A stretch of 61,373 nt of DNA. Source: Girardia tigrina (Eukaryota). Location of the stretch: contig MQRK01193516.1 of the NCBI GenBank assembly GCA_001938485.1, forward strand, positions 1-61,373, in the 5' to 3' direction. This document shows positions 50,904 through 61,373 of the stretch, piece after piece. A program made the position numbers and the translations under genes. Within the stretch, counting starts at the first letter, position 1, and each line of letters starts with the position of its first letter. Under the pieces are notes generated by a model. The model did not search any database, was not told the origin of the DNA, and was given only the letters and a program-made list of their open reading frames with translations.

Positions 50904-52793
50904 TAATGTTAATTAATAAAACAATAAATATCATTTTTTCTTTTTCCAAAATTATAAAAGAATCTGGTTTTTTATATGCCAACAAAATTAATACTTTTTG
51001 AAAGAAAACTATTTAACTTATAAAAGACAAATCTCACTCCAATTAATTTTATTAAAATTACAGTTTTATAAAAAAGAAAAAAACCTAAAAATGTTTTACA
51101 TTTTTAAAAAAGTTTTTCAACCACAAAATGTTTAGAATTCCTCATTTACTCCTAAGAAAGTTTTGTTACCTGGTTAAATTTCAAAATATTTTGAAAATAC
51201 TAAAGAAATAGAAATAAAAAAATAATAATCCGTTTTAGAATATGAAGTATTTTTATGAAAATTTAGAATTGAAATAAATTAAATCAAATATATTCCTTTG
51301 AAAAATAATTTAATTAAAGCTTTTTAAAAAATTGATTATTGAACATGTTTTGAATTTTCATATTTCATCATCATCAATTATAATAAGTGAAGTGCTGGCT
51401 TGCCGGATCTAGTTGAGGTAAACAACACCTCTTGATCGTGCGGGGTGTCGCCCGATTGCTCGAGCAATCCGTGAGCGCCAACGTTTCGGTTCGACCACGG
51501 AACAACCGGTTGGATCTGGTTCCGGCACTCGCTCTCAAAACCACAGACAGGAGTTCCCCGTTCCCTCGAGTGACATCGTCCGGGAATTGGCAGTTGTGCG
51601 GGAAAAAAGAAAAAGTGATTGTGCACCAATTAACATTAATTGATAAAAAATTACATATCAACCATTTTGTCTAACATCGATTTCCGTTTTTAAAATTACG
51701 CAATTTATTTGTGTTTGTTTAAACACCAAATTTAATTTTGATCACAATTTTCAGTTTAATTAATTTTTTTATTTAGTTTTTTGATCATTGCAGCTCCGAA
51801 TCACCGATATAAGTAAAATATTTGACTTTTCATTTAAGTGTTTTTATTTAACGTGGAAGATTTTAAAATTTATATTTTATTTTTTAGAGATTTTATATAA
51901 TATTTATGCAAAATTTTTATTACTTAATATAATGTTTTACAGAATTGAAACGACTGTACTTTGACCATTTTGAATATTAATTAATAGGTGGAAGTGTCAT
52001 ATCAAAAATGATTCACAGAACTGCGGCTCGTTATGTGAATCAAAGTTCTTCTGTAAAATAGAAAACTCATCCCTTGTAAGAGAAGACGTTATAATGTTAC
52101 AATGTAACCAATGATCAGGAACCTTACTTGATTTTGAATGCTAACTAATCGTAGTATTGAGGTGCCGATTTGCCTCTTCAATGTCGAGTTTTTACACATG
52201 TGAAAATTAAATTTATAAACTAAATTAGCTTGAAATTCAAAAATCTAATTTGATCTATTTGAGAGAATCTTTGAACTCTGGATGTCATTGAAATCACTTT
52301 TGCACTGCCTATATTTCTACAAATACTCTTTTAAATTTTTAACTACTCAGAATATGATATTTTTATTATTTGTTTTTACTTTAATGCATTCAGATTATTC
52401 GTGTGTGCTCTTCATTGTTTTCTTCTTTTAATCTTTTCTTAATTCGTTTTTTTATGCATAATCTATCCAATGTAGCCTTAATGTTGTGCTTTGTCTGTTT
52501 GTTTGTGAACATGTTGTACCACAAGTGTCCTCGATGAATATTCAAAGCATGATGTGCGTATTCAAAATTGAAAGACAAAATCCAAACTCTGTGAATTGCG
52601 TTTATAAGACACAATAATACACATATATAAAGACAAAATTTATCAAAATATTGTCTGAATCAGAGGACTGTACATAAATTATTATCAAAAGATTTTGTAA
52701 TATGAACGAACATCGGTTCTAAATTTTCGATCACTTAAAGATATTGAAAAGTGTTTGGGCTGTAACTTCAATTGTAATTTCTCTGACAGATTT

Positions 52794-55469
52794 TTATCCT
52801 CCTTTCAAAAAACTCATCACTGTTATCATTGAGTTATCGGTTATTCCAGATTCTTGAATTGTTTTATCATCTTCCAAATCACTTCCATTGAATGATAACT
52901 GAAGAGTGCCTTTTATTTCTGCTTTATTTTTAATAAGAAGTTTCAGTTTATCTACTGTAAAATTAACCGGAATCGTAATCTGGTAATTTCTCTCGAGACA
53001 ATAACAAAATAGGTTTACCATCTTCGACATTGAAACACTCAAAGAATCTTTTCCATACATTCCTATTTCCTCTTCATCCACCATCTCTTTTCCTGATATC
53101 TCCAAATGAACTTTTTTCGATCCAATTTTAAATTTCTGTGACAATTTGCGCTTCACTTTTTCAACTTTTGCATTTGGAAAATATTCTAATGAATATTCTT
53201 TTTCTTCATACTTAACGTTGATCTTCATCTTTTCTATCATAATTATTTCGGACTTTCCTAATTTGTATTTGTATAAATGCTCTTCAGTTTGAAGATGTAT
53301 CTTATCCGACCAAAGCTGGAAAGACTTTTTATCCATTTTCGCACTTTTTGACAATTCGGTTATCAAATTCGATACTTTCTCGTCTGAAAATAACTCAAAA
53401 TTATAATTTTGGTCATGACATTTTATGTTTATTTTGACTTTCTCTCTCATTTTGATAATCGCATTGTTTCGTATTTTATACTTATATATCTTCTCATTCC
53501 CATTATCAATACATTCTTCATTTAAGCTCAAAATAATATGACTCTCTTCAATTCCAAATTTCCTCCTCAATTGACCATTTATATCTTCAAGTGTCATATC
53601 CGAATATACTTCAATATTCTCTCTTTCCTCACAAAAATCTATTAAGAGTTTTATGTTTGTTTTCATTGCCAGTTTTGACTTATCTTTAATCTTGTATTCA
53701 TTTATCATTTTATCATCATTAAGAATTTGATCGTTGAAATGAAGGATGATTTCGTTTATATTGTTCTTAAATGTTTCCCGTATTTCTTTTTTTAAATCCG
53801 ATATTGTCTCATCCGAAAATATTCCTATACGATATTCTTCTTCACAAAATTCAATGATTACTGTTATCTTTACTCTCATCTTCAATTCCAATTTGTTTTC
53901 TTCAGTTTCAATTTGTCCCAATAGAGTCTCATTCTTAACCTCTTCTTCATTCATATATAACTGAAAAGATCCAATTCCAATTCCGATTTTCATCGACAAT
54001 TGAGTCTTTATATTTTCAATTGTTTTCTCGGATGATTCTTCTATTTCATGAGATTCTCCACAATAATTCACATTTATTCTCATTATTATCGACATAAACA
54101 ACTCAGAATTGTTCTCTATTTCGTATTTTGTAAATCCTTTCTCGTCCAATAAATAAATTGAGTCTTTTCTCAATTGGATATATTTACTTTCGATTTGAAT
54201 TATTTCTGAGAGTTTCCTTCTTACATCCTCCACAGTTGCATTTGATGACTCTACGATATTGTAACTTTTGCGACACGATTTTATTGTTATATTAATTTTG
54301 GGGTCGATGATTATTTCTGAGTTGTTTTTTATTTTATATATATACAATTTCTCATGGTCCTTTAAATCTTTTCCTTGAAATATTAATCCATAATCATTCA
54401 ATTTCTCCATTCCTTTTACTTCCGATATTCGTTCTCTCACACTCGAGATGGTCGCATCAGATGATGTTGCAAAAGGAAAAGTTGTATCAAAATATTTTAC
54501 CGACAGTTTTATCGTCCCTATCATTATCAATCTTGACTTATCTTTAATCTCGTAATATTTTATCATTTTATTATCATTCATAATTTGATCATTGTAATGA
54601 AGGATGATTTCGTTTATATCGTTCTTAAATATTTCACGTAGTTTCTTTTTTAAATCCGATATTGTCTCATCCGAAAATATTCCTATACGATATTCTTCTT
54701 CGCAAAATTCAATGATTACTGTTATCTTTTCTCTCATATTCAATTCCAATTTGTTTTGATCTGTTTTGATTTTTCCCAATAGAGTCTCATTCTTAACCTC
54801 TTCTTCATTCATATATAACTGAATGGATTTATTTCCAATTCCGATTTTCATCGACAATCGAGTCTTTATATCTTCAATTGTTTTCTCGGAGGATGTTTCT
54901 ATTTCGTGAGATCCTCCATAATAATATACAATTATTCTTAATGTATCGATTATTACTTCTGAATTGTTTTTAACTTTACTTGTGTAAAATGTTTCATGAT
55001 TATGTAAATATTCTCCTTCATATATTAATCTATAATCATTCAATCTCTCCATTCCGGTCACTTCCGATATTCGTTCTCTCAGACTCGAGATGGTCGCGTC
55101 AGAGGATGTTACAAATGGAATAGTTGTATCAAAATATTTTATAATAACTGTTATCGTCTCTGTCATTATCAACAATGAATCCTCTTTTATTGGATATTTG
55201 TAGATCTGATCATCGTCCTGCAGAATTATTTCCTCGGATCTTAAACAGATGCGGTTTTCTTCAATGCCAAAGATGTGCGATAATTGAGTCTTAACGTCAA
55301 AAACTGTCGCATTAGATGAAACTTTAATTTGACTTTTTTGATCATGAAAAATTAGTGTTTTTACAGTGAAACTTCGACGAAAAACACAATAGTAAAATAC
55401 GACGAAAGTGATGAAATATATAATCCACGAAAATAAGAATGAAAAACTGACTTCCATTGATATAAACAT
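52794..55469 (-). CDS. Membrane-anchored poly-ubiquitin-like protein: N-terminal TM helix, 12 tandem UBL domains, C-terminal LKGG
   Basis: Intact intronless 891-aa ORF. Residues ~8-30 are hydrophobic and followed by RR. Repeats of ~71 aa show a ubiquitin-fold pattern (T[IV]xxLKxxI...LxxxGxxLxD..T/L..Y.I...S.[LI]). The last unit (aa 817-891) aligns to ubiquitin by eye and ends VMSFLKGG-stop. Confidence 0.85.
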   Translation of the reverse strand: MFISMEVSFSFLFSWIIYFITFVVFYYCVFRRSFTVKTLIFHDQKSQIKVSSNATVFDVKTQLSHIFGIEENRICLRSEEIILQDDDQIYKYPIKEDSLLIMTETITVIIKYFDTTIPFVTSSDATISSLRERISEVTGMERLNDYRLIYEGEYLHNHETFYTSKVKNNSEVIIDTLRIIVYYYGGSHEIETSSEKTIEDIKTRLSMKIGIGNKSIQLYMNEEEVKNETLLGKIKTDQNKLELNMREKITVIIEFCEEEYRIGIFSDETISDLKKKLREIFKNDINEIILHYNDQIMNDNKMIKYYEIKDKSRLIMIGTIKLSVKYFDTTFPFATSSDATISSVRERISEVKGMEKLNDYGLIFQGKDLKDHEKLYIYKIKNNSEIIIDPKINITIKSCRKSYNIVESSNATVEDVRRKLSEIIQIESKYIQLRKDSIYLLDEKGFTKYEIENNSELFMSIIMRINVNYCGESHEIEESSEKTIENIKTQLSMKIGIGIGSFQLYMNEEEVKNETLLGQIETEENKLELKMRVKITVIIEFCEEEYRIGIFSDETISDLKKEIRETFKNNINEIILHFNDQILNDDKMINEYKIKDKSKLAMKTNIKLLIDFCEERENIEVYSDMTLEDINGQLRRKFGIEESHIILSLNEECIDNGNEKIYKYKIRNNAIIKMREKVKINIKCHDQNYNFELFSDEKVSNLITELSKSAKMDKKSFQLWSDKIHLQTEEHLYKYKLGKSEIIMIEKMKINVKYEEKEYSLEYFPNAKVEKVKRKLSQKFKIGSKKVHLEISGKEMVDEEEIGMYGKDSLSVSMSKMVNLFCYCLERNYQITIPVNFTVDKLKLLIKNKAEIKGTLQLSFNGSDLEDDKTIQESGITDNSMITVMSFLKGG

Positions 55470-57139
55470 TCGATTAAGCTATTAGTATTTCCTATACAAT
55501 CTGGGAATATAAAAGAGGATCTTAAGAGCCAATAAAAATGACTTTATTTATGGAAATGTTTGGTTTATTCAACCTAAATTTTCAATTTTAGTAAGAATAA
55601 ATTAGTTAGAAAGACTGGTAAAGCAAGTACTCTACTTTAGTGTTTCTACGACCTTTTTCATGACTTTGATGTAAAGAATATTTTTTGGGAAATATATGTC
55701 CATTTTAAGACATAAAAGGAAGAGTTTCTGACCATGAGTAATAGGGAGAGTTTCCTCTAGTTATATCAGAAATATTTAAATACAAAATATTTTATGATTT
55801 TGCTATTCAAAATAAACTAAAAACCTTTTATGTAAAAAGACTTCTATTCAATTTCCAACAAAAAGAGAATACAACTGTAACTTGAGACTCATTTTATTAA
55901 AAAAACAAAATAAATGTGTGATAAAGAATGCAGCGGATATAAAAATATCAGATTGATCAAATTAGTCTTTCTGCTTTCCTGGAAAAAATCTTTCATATTA
56001 AATGAAGAGTTATAAAAATTATTTAATAACTAACAACTATCTTTAATTTGTAAATGTTGAAATTTTAAAAATGAATTTGAAAACAACATTTGTAATTTCG
56101 AAAAAAATTTAAAGCAATCTTGGAAAAAGACGAATAACTATTTCGCCAAACACAATTTCAAAACGCGAACACTTAACTGAGCTCTGATATGTTCCGTTTA
56201 TCAAAAACTCTTTTTGAAATCATCATATCCTACGCTATATTTTCTTTTTTACCCTTCACAGATGTAATAAACATTTGCTTGATGTTGATAAGAAGAAGTA
56301 AATTCTTGTTTGATGTAAAACTTTCTTTGCTAGTCTTACTTAAAAATTTTTCTTCAAATACTCGGTCTCAGTCCGATAATATAGATTTATGCTTCCAAAA
56401 CTTGTAAAGACAGTGACTTTTATAGCTTCTACGAAGTTCAGTTCATCTCATTTAGCCGATGACCCACCATTTTTCTGAAACGATCTATCATTACGGGTAA
56501 GTATTTGTATTTGGATTTGAATTCTTAGAAGTAAGCTACATCAGTTATTATTTGTTCCAGCAGTTCAAAATCTTCTTATGAAATCAATAAATTTTTTTAA
56601 CGCTTCAAATATGTTTTCTTTTTCGCTCAGAATTCACATCTCTGAAATCAGAGTTCGATAGTTTATTTATGTTTGCCCATTAATAGCTTTCTTGATTATC
56701 TTTCATCAACTTTTTATTTATCTGATGAAACAGCTTCTCGTGCTTTTATTGTGTTAACTTCTGTACATAATGTCTGGAACTAAAATCTGTATCGTCTTTT
56801 CTTTCTTCCTCATGACCATAACATCTATCAGTTCGTATTGATCAAAATTCTTAAAATATTATCTTTTCTTCACTTAAACATTTATATTCTATGAGGAACC
56901 TTGAAGTAATTGACGTTTCGATTTCAAAATTTAAAATGACAGTTATTTATTTGTGGTGTCTACATTATGAAAATTTCCTCCTTCTACGGTATTTATAAAC
57001 TTCACTTTTGATTTATTTATCATCGCTTCGTTATAACGTGCCCAAAATTTTGTACATAACTTTTTATCAATTTTTAAAAGTCCATCGGACTTATTATGTT
57101 CTTTTTCTTTCCAATATGCCAAAATGAAATTGAAACTAG

Positions 57140-57440
57140 ACAGTTTAGATTTGTTATGTAAGTCAAAAGACTAAAGATCAATATCAATAAGACCAAAGTT
57201 ATGAACCTAAACGAAGATACCAAAGTTCTCACCGCCGGACACCAGCTTGAGACTGGTATTGAGTGGGTAACCACATTCGTCTATTTGGGTTCCACAATCT
57301 CCTCAAATGGCACCGCTGAAGATGAGATAAGAGAAAGAATTCAAAAGGGTACCAGGAAGATCAGGGACCTCAAACCGGTCCTGAGGAGCTCCAAACTCTC
57401 TTTACGGAACAAGAAGAAGATTGTCAGCTCTTGCATACTT
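57140..57440 (+). pseudogene. Non-LTR retrotransposon (RTE/CR1-like) RT C-terminal fragment
   Basis: LKININKTKVM...FVYLGSTISSNG..EDEIRERI; abuts a partial family-A LTR at 57441-57549. Confidence 0.8.
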
Positions 57441-58002
57441 GAAAATTGATTGATGAATCTAAGTGAAAGCATTACTGTTGATCATCATAAAGATGATAAA
57501 AATTGTGAATGTAATAAATGTTCTGTCAAATGTGTGAGTTCTCTTAACACTTATTTACTTATTCCTTTTGTTTCTATTCTTTTTATTTATATAACAAAAT
57601 ATAACTTTAGATTTTTACATAAATATTTGCAATTTATGATTTATATATTTTTTTCTGAATTTTATTTTAGAATAACAAATATAATACTTTAAATACATTT
57701 TAAGATATACCTCAACATATACATACCTATGACGAATAATTGACATACCAATCACTAGATTAGAGTAGAATTTTGCTCGTCTGCTTCATCGATTTGATCT
57801 GGGGAAATAGGAGGATCGTCAAATTTTAACAACCTGGTCGAGTTGAATGATCAGAATTGTATCGGAAATTAATCAACTGTTTCCGCAGCAGAGTCGATCA
57901 ACGAATTAATCAATTCACTGATGAATGTAGGAAAGGAAAGTTAATTTCCTTGATATTTGATCAAGATTGATTTGCTAATCTAGCGTAATATGGCTTTGTA
58001 AT

Positions 58003-58458
58003 TGTGAGAAATATTTGGTGTATAGATGTTTTGTGTAGTTTTTGCATGTGTAAATGTTGTATGTTGATTTGGGATTGTGCCTCTCCTAACCAGATGGATT
58101 ATCAATATTTAATTTCTTATAATCTGAAACTAATTTATTTAAATTTAGCTTTAATATTCAAATTTTTAATTTTTATTATTGCAACTTTTAAATAATTTTA
58201 TTGATTTTATTTTTGTAAATTTTTAAATAATTAAAATTAAATTAATGTTTAAAAATAAAAGATTATTATTTCAGCCAATCAAATTTAGATTAAATATTTC
58301 TAAATAAAATAACTTTCTCAAGTTAGTTTAGATTATAATGAGAGATATTGAAAATTGATTGATGGATCTAAGGGAAAGCAATAGTATTGATCATCATAAA
58401 GATGATAAGAAATGTGAATGTAATAAATGTTCTGTCAAATGTGTGAGTTCTCTTAACA
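58003..58458 (+). mobile_element. Solo LTR, family A (CA-ended subfamily)
   Basis: TGTGAGAAA...CTTAACA; perfect TSD GTAAT; close to the copy at 14382-14815. Confidence 0.88.
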
Positions 58459-58617
58459 GTAATATTTGATCACGGACCAGCGCGAATAGTTATAATAATT
58501 TCTAAAATGTTAAGTTTGGAGATTGGGAAACTTTATTACAATCTCTATATGGTAAATTAACAAAAGAATTATTAGCCGAAGTTGAAATCTCGGAAATTAA
58601 TTAGGAACTTCCTTTAA

Positions 58618-58995
58618 TCCTGATTATCCGAACAATTTTTCTTAAGTCATTTTTTAAAAATATTTAATTAGTAAAATTATTATTTAAAAATAATAATTTT
58701 TAACATTTCTCAATAAATCCCAAAATAATTAAAATGTCATCAAATTATTAAAAATGGATTTAATTTAAATTTTACTAAAAAATATTAAACTTAATTTTAA
58801 TTCTTAAATTAAAAAATATGAACTTTATAAAATGATTATTTTAATTATGTTCGAATAGTCAGTTCTTTAAATTTAAATTAAAAAATACCAATTTCCATCT
58901 GGGTGGGAGAATCACCATTTTAAATTCAACAAACTTAAATCAACATACAGCATCAATACATTTACACATTCAAACAATTTAAAATATTCCTCACA
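58618..58995 (-). mobile_element. Partial LTR, family A
   Basis: Reverse complement matches 30322-30695. Confidence 0.8.
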
Positions 58996-58996
58996 A

Positions 58997-59110
58997 TTGC
59001 AACAATTTTATTTATGATTGCAACAAATTTATTAAACTTTGCAACAATTTTATTAAACATTGCAACAGTTTTATTATTGATTGGGACAGTTTTATTAATG
59101 GTTGCAAGAC
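58997..59110 (+). repeat. 21-bp minisatellite (TTGCAACAATTTTATTAAACA-like, ~5.5 units)
   Basis: Tandem units seen directly. Confidence 0.8.
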
Positions 59111-59119
59111 TTTCATTAA

Positions 59120-59356
59120 CCCCTTTACCGTGGAAAAAAAATTTTTTTTGGAAACTGTAATTTTCTACACAAACTACACTACGCATAAATTATAATCATA
59201 ATAAATAAAGATTATTTGTTTCCTACATTTATTTTTATACCTGTCGTACGCACGGCACACAGACGAATTTTATATCTGAAGACGAGTTAACTCGTGATGT
59301 ACGGTTAAGCCCTAGATTTCACATGACGAGTTAACTCGTGACACACGGTAAAGGGG
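59120..59356. mobile_element. piggyBac-type MITE
   Basis: TTAA TSD; perfect 13-bp TIR CCCCTTTACCGTG; two internal GACGAGTTAACTCGTGA repeats. Confidence 0.88.
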
Positions 59357-60005
59357 TTAAAGATCTTAAAACCCTATATTTAGATTTAATAAGTGCTTTA
59401 AAACAGATATTTGGGAAAAAAAATTAGATTTTAATTTCTTTCACGGTGTTCACAACTTCAAAATAATCAAAACATTCCTGAATATAAAGGAGTAAAAATG
59501 ACATTTTCTTAAAAACTTTGGTTGTGGACACTTTAAAAACGCGGTCAAACTATTGAATTTAGTTTTATTTTTTTTAAAAATTGACTTTCCACCTGAGATT
59601 TACAGTAACATTTTTATAAATGTCTTCTACTTCTAAGAATTATGAAAAAATCGTTATTTTTAATTAAAACTTTGTCGGCAAAGTAGAATTCTGTCTTCAT
59701 TAAGAATGAATTTTTTTGATTTACTAGTTTTTATTATTAAATTATTTCACCAAAATATTTCTTTTGTTTGTTGATTTGTCGGTCACGCTCAAGATTTGCT
59801 ACGATCAAATTTTTTTACACCTGAAGAATTAATTTTTTTCTGCACTACCATTACATTAAGTTAATCAACAATTTTTATAGAAACTTTCTAGATTTTTAAG
59901 TTTTTACTGTCACTTTTAGTATTTATATAGTTGTTTAACTGTAATCAAGAAATCGTAATTTAAATAGATTATTTGTTTCTGTTGACAACAGCAATAGTAG
60001 TGTAA

Positions 60006-60629
60006 ATGGATCTGAATAGCGATCAAGAGATAAACGAATTGGACGAATTGTTGAAAATGGACATAATCGAGTTGAAAGCGCAGATTGAAGAGAACCAGCT
60101 GATTCATGGGATCGTGAATAAAGACCTCAGGTGAACTGGTTGAGAGAGAAAAACTTGTATCACCATGGCTATCGATCGATCGATTATCTGATTAATTTAT
60201 TATTTATTAATAAATATTAAATTAAATAAAGGATAAAAAAAATAATAATAAATAAATAATAACAAAATTAATGATAAAAAATATTAAAAATCATAAATAA
60301 TTAATAAAAAATAATAAATAAGGATATTATACATTAATAAATAAACAAAAATATTTTTAGTTCTTATTTATTCATTATTGATTATTATTGTATCGATCGA
60401 TCGATCGATTGTGTGTGTGTGTCGTGACGAATGGTCGTGCAGCTCGATCTACGTGCCCAAGGACCCAGACTACTGGCGAGTGCGGCGCAAGGTCAGTCTG
60501 AGGCAGCTGCTGCGAGAAGGCGACGACAAGAAGTTCGGGCGAGTGGTAGCCGAGTCGATGAGGGCCGAGATGGACAGTTGCGACCGAGTGGAGTACTGCG
60601 AGAGGTCGCTGATGCTGCTGCTGGGCCAG
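60006..60629 (+). CDS. Probable CCDC162/C6orf183 (DUF4549)-like gene, first two exons (60006-60130, 60443-60629)
   Basis: Spliced product MDLNSDQEINELDELLKMDIIELKAQIEENQLIHGIVNKDLS-SIYVPKDPDYWRVRRKVSLRQLL...MRAEMDSCDRVEYCERSLMLLLGQ. Phase-2 GTGAAC...GCAG intron, then a GTGAGT donor. Resembles the recalled DUF4549 N-terminus (SSVPxPKDxxYFR..MQRELESC..EYT..LPLLL.Q); not verified by search. Confidence 0.6.
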
Positions 60630-60845
60630 GTGAGTCTCTGTGGGAGATTGAGGCGCATGAGTTCATCGAATGAATTATCGATTTTATCATCATTATTTAT
60701 TTATTAATATTTTGATAATTATTTATTATTATTTATAATAATTACTTATTTATTTATTTTTATTATTTTTTATAAATTATTTTCATTTATTATTATTTAT
60801 TTATTAATAATTTAATTATTATTTTCATTATTTATTATTTCTTAT

Positions 60846-61373
60846 TGTTAGGGATTAAATTAGAGGCTAAAATTTTTGATGGATAATTAATTTAATTTAA
60901 ATTAATTTAGTTGATTCCGCATGGAATTTAAATTAAATTAATTAAATTGATTTAAATGAATAATAATGTAAAATTCTTTAAGAAAATTTCATCATAATAA
61001 TTAAGTTAAATAATTAAATAATTAAACTATTTTTATTTATATAAATATCTGTACTATTTATGGTTGGTAATTTAAATAAATTGGTTCCTCCAAAAATAAC
61101 TGAATCATATTAAAATAAAGAAATTGTTTTAATATTCAGAGTTTGGTGACAATTCAAAAAGAGTATAAAATTGTTGATTGAAATAAATTTTTACGAAAAA
61201 GTTCTTTATTTTTTATTATGGAGTATTCGGCCGTTCCGAAAGAAGATAACATGACGACCAACGACAAGGAATTCGAGCCAATTCAAACGGTGAACGCGGA
61301 ACAATTAATATCGAGATTGCTACCCGATCGATTCCAACGAAATGACGACGTGGATACCTTTATATCCACCTGT
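60846..61373 (+). mobile_element. 5' end of an LTR retrotransposon, family B (LTR 60846-61251, PBS-like site, gag start)
   Basis: TGTTAGGG...GATAACA followed by TGACGACCA and an open gag-like frame MTTNDKEFEPIQTV...DRFQRNDDVDTFISTC that runs off the window. Confidence 0.8.

Noticed and set aside
43336-55469. SPSB E3 adaptor and poly-UBL gene as a linked ubiquitin cluster
   Set aside because: They are 8 kb apart, convergent and separated by transposon debris; proximity alone is not evidence of function in an animal genome.
52794-55469. Canonical polyubiquitin gene
   Set aside because: Units are highly divergent from ubiquitin and from each other, lack internal LRGG sites, and follow a hydrophobic anchor.
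58997-59110. 21-bp periodic repeats as a CRISPR-like array (also 7750-7850)
   Set aside because: No unique spacers, no cas genes, eukaryotic context; these are minisatellites.
59276-59300. CTGAAGA plus hairpin resembling a hammerhead core
   Set aside because: No GAAA follows the stem; it is an internal palindrome of the piggyBac MITE.
60590-60629. LMLLLGQ resembling WDR11 QLLLLGQ
   Set aside because: The rest of the exon does not align to WDR11 and the splice phase differs; judged coincidental.

Overview
This is AT-rich animal genomic DNA from a gapped short-read scaffold; the species cannot be determined from the sequence. There are no rRNA, tRNA or CRISPR features. Four host genes are supported. 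(1) WDR11 on the minus strand: I reconstructed 19 phase-compatible exons from 42936 down to 1083 (3411 nt, 1137 aa), and the gene continues off the left edge. Its introns are either 42-64 nt or 1.2-11.8 kb and packed with transposons. (2) An SPSB1/4 (gustavus)-like SPRY-SOCS-box gene, head-to-head with WDR11 and 400 bp away. (3) An intronless 891-aa ORF with an N-terminal transmembrane anchor, 12 tandem ubiquitin-like domains and a single C-terminal LKGG di-glycine. This is the best candidate for an undescribed system. (4) The first two exons of a probable CCDC162/DUF4549-like gene with GC-rich codons. The rest is a nested transposon graveyard. It holds about 14 copies of one solo-LTR family (5-bp target-site duplications, TSDs; mostly non-canonical TG...TA ends; conserved CAGATG motif) and a second LTR family. 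It also holds internally deleted Ty3/gypsy elements, mariner, Tc1, hAT, MULE, piggyBac, Helentron/DINE-like and Penelope remnants, and a minimal hammerhead ribozyme. Family assignments come from recalled motifs and were not checked against databases.
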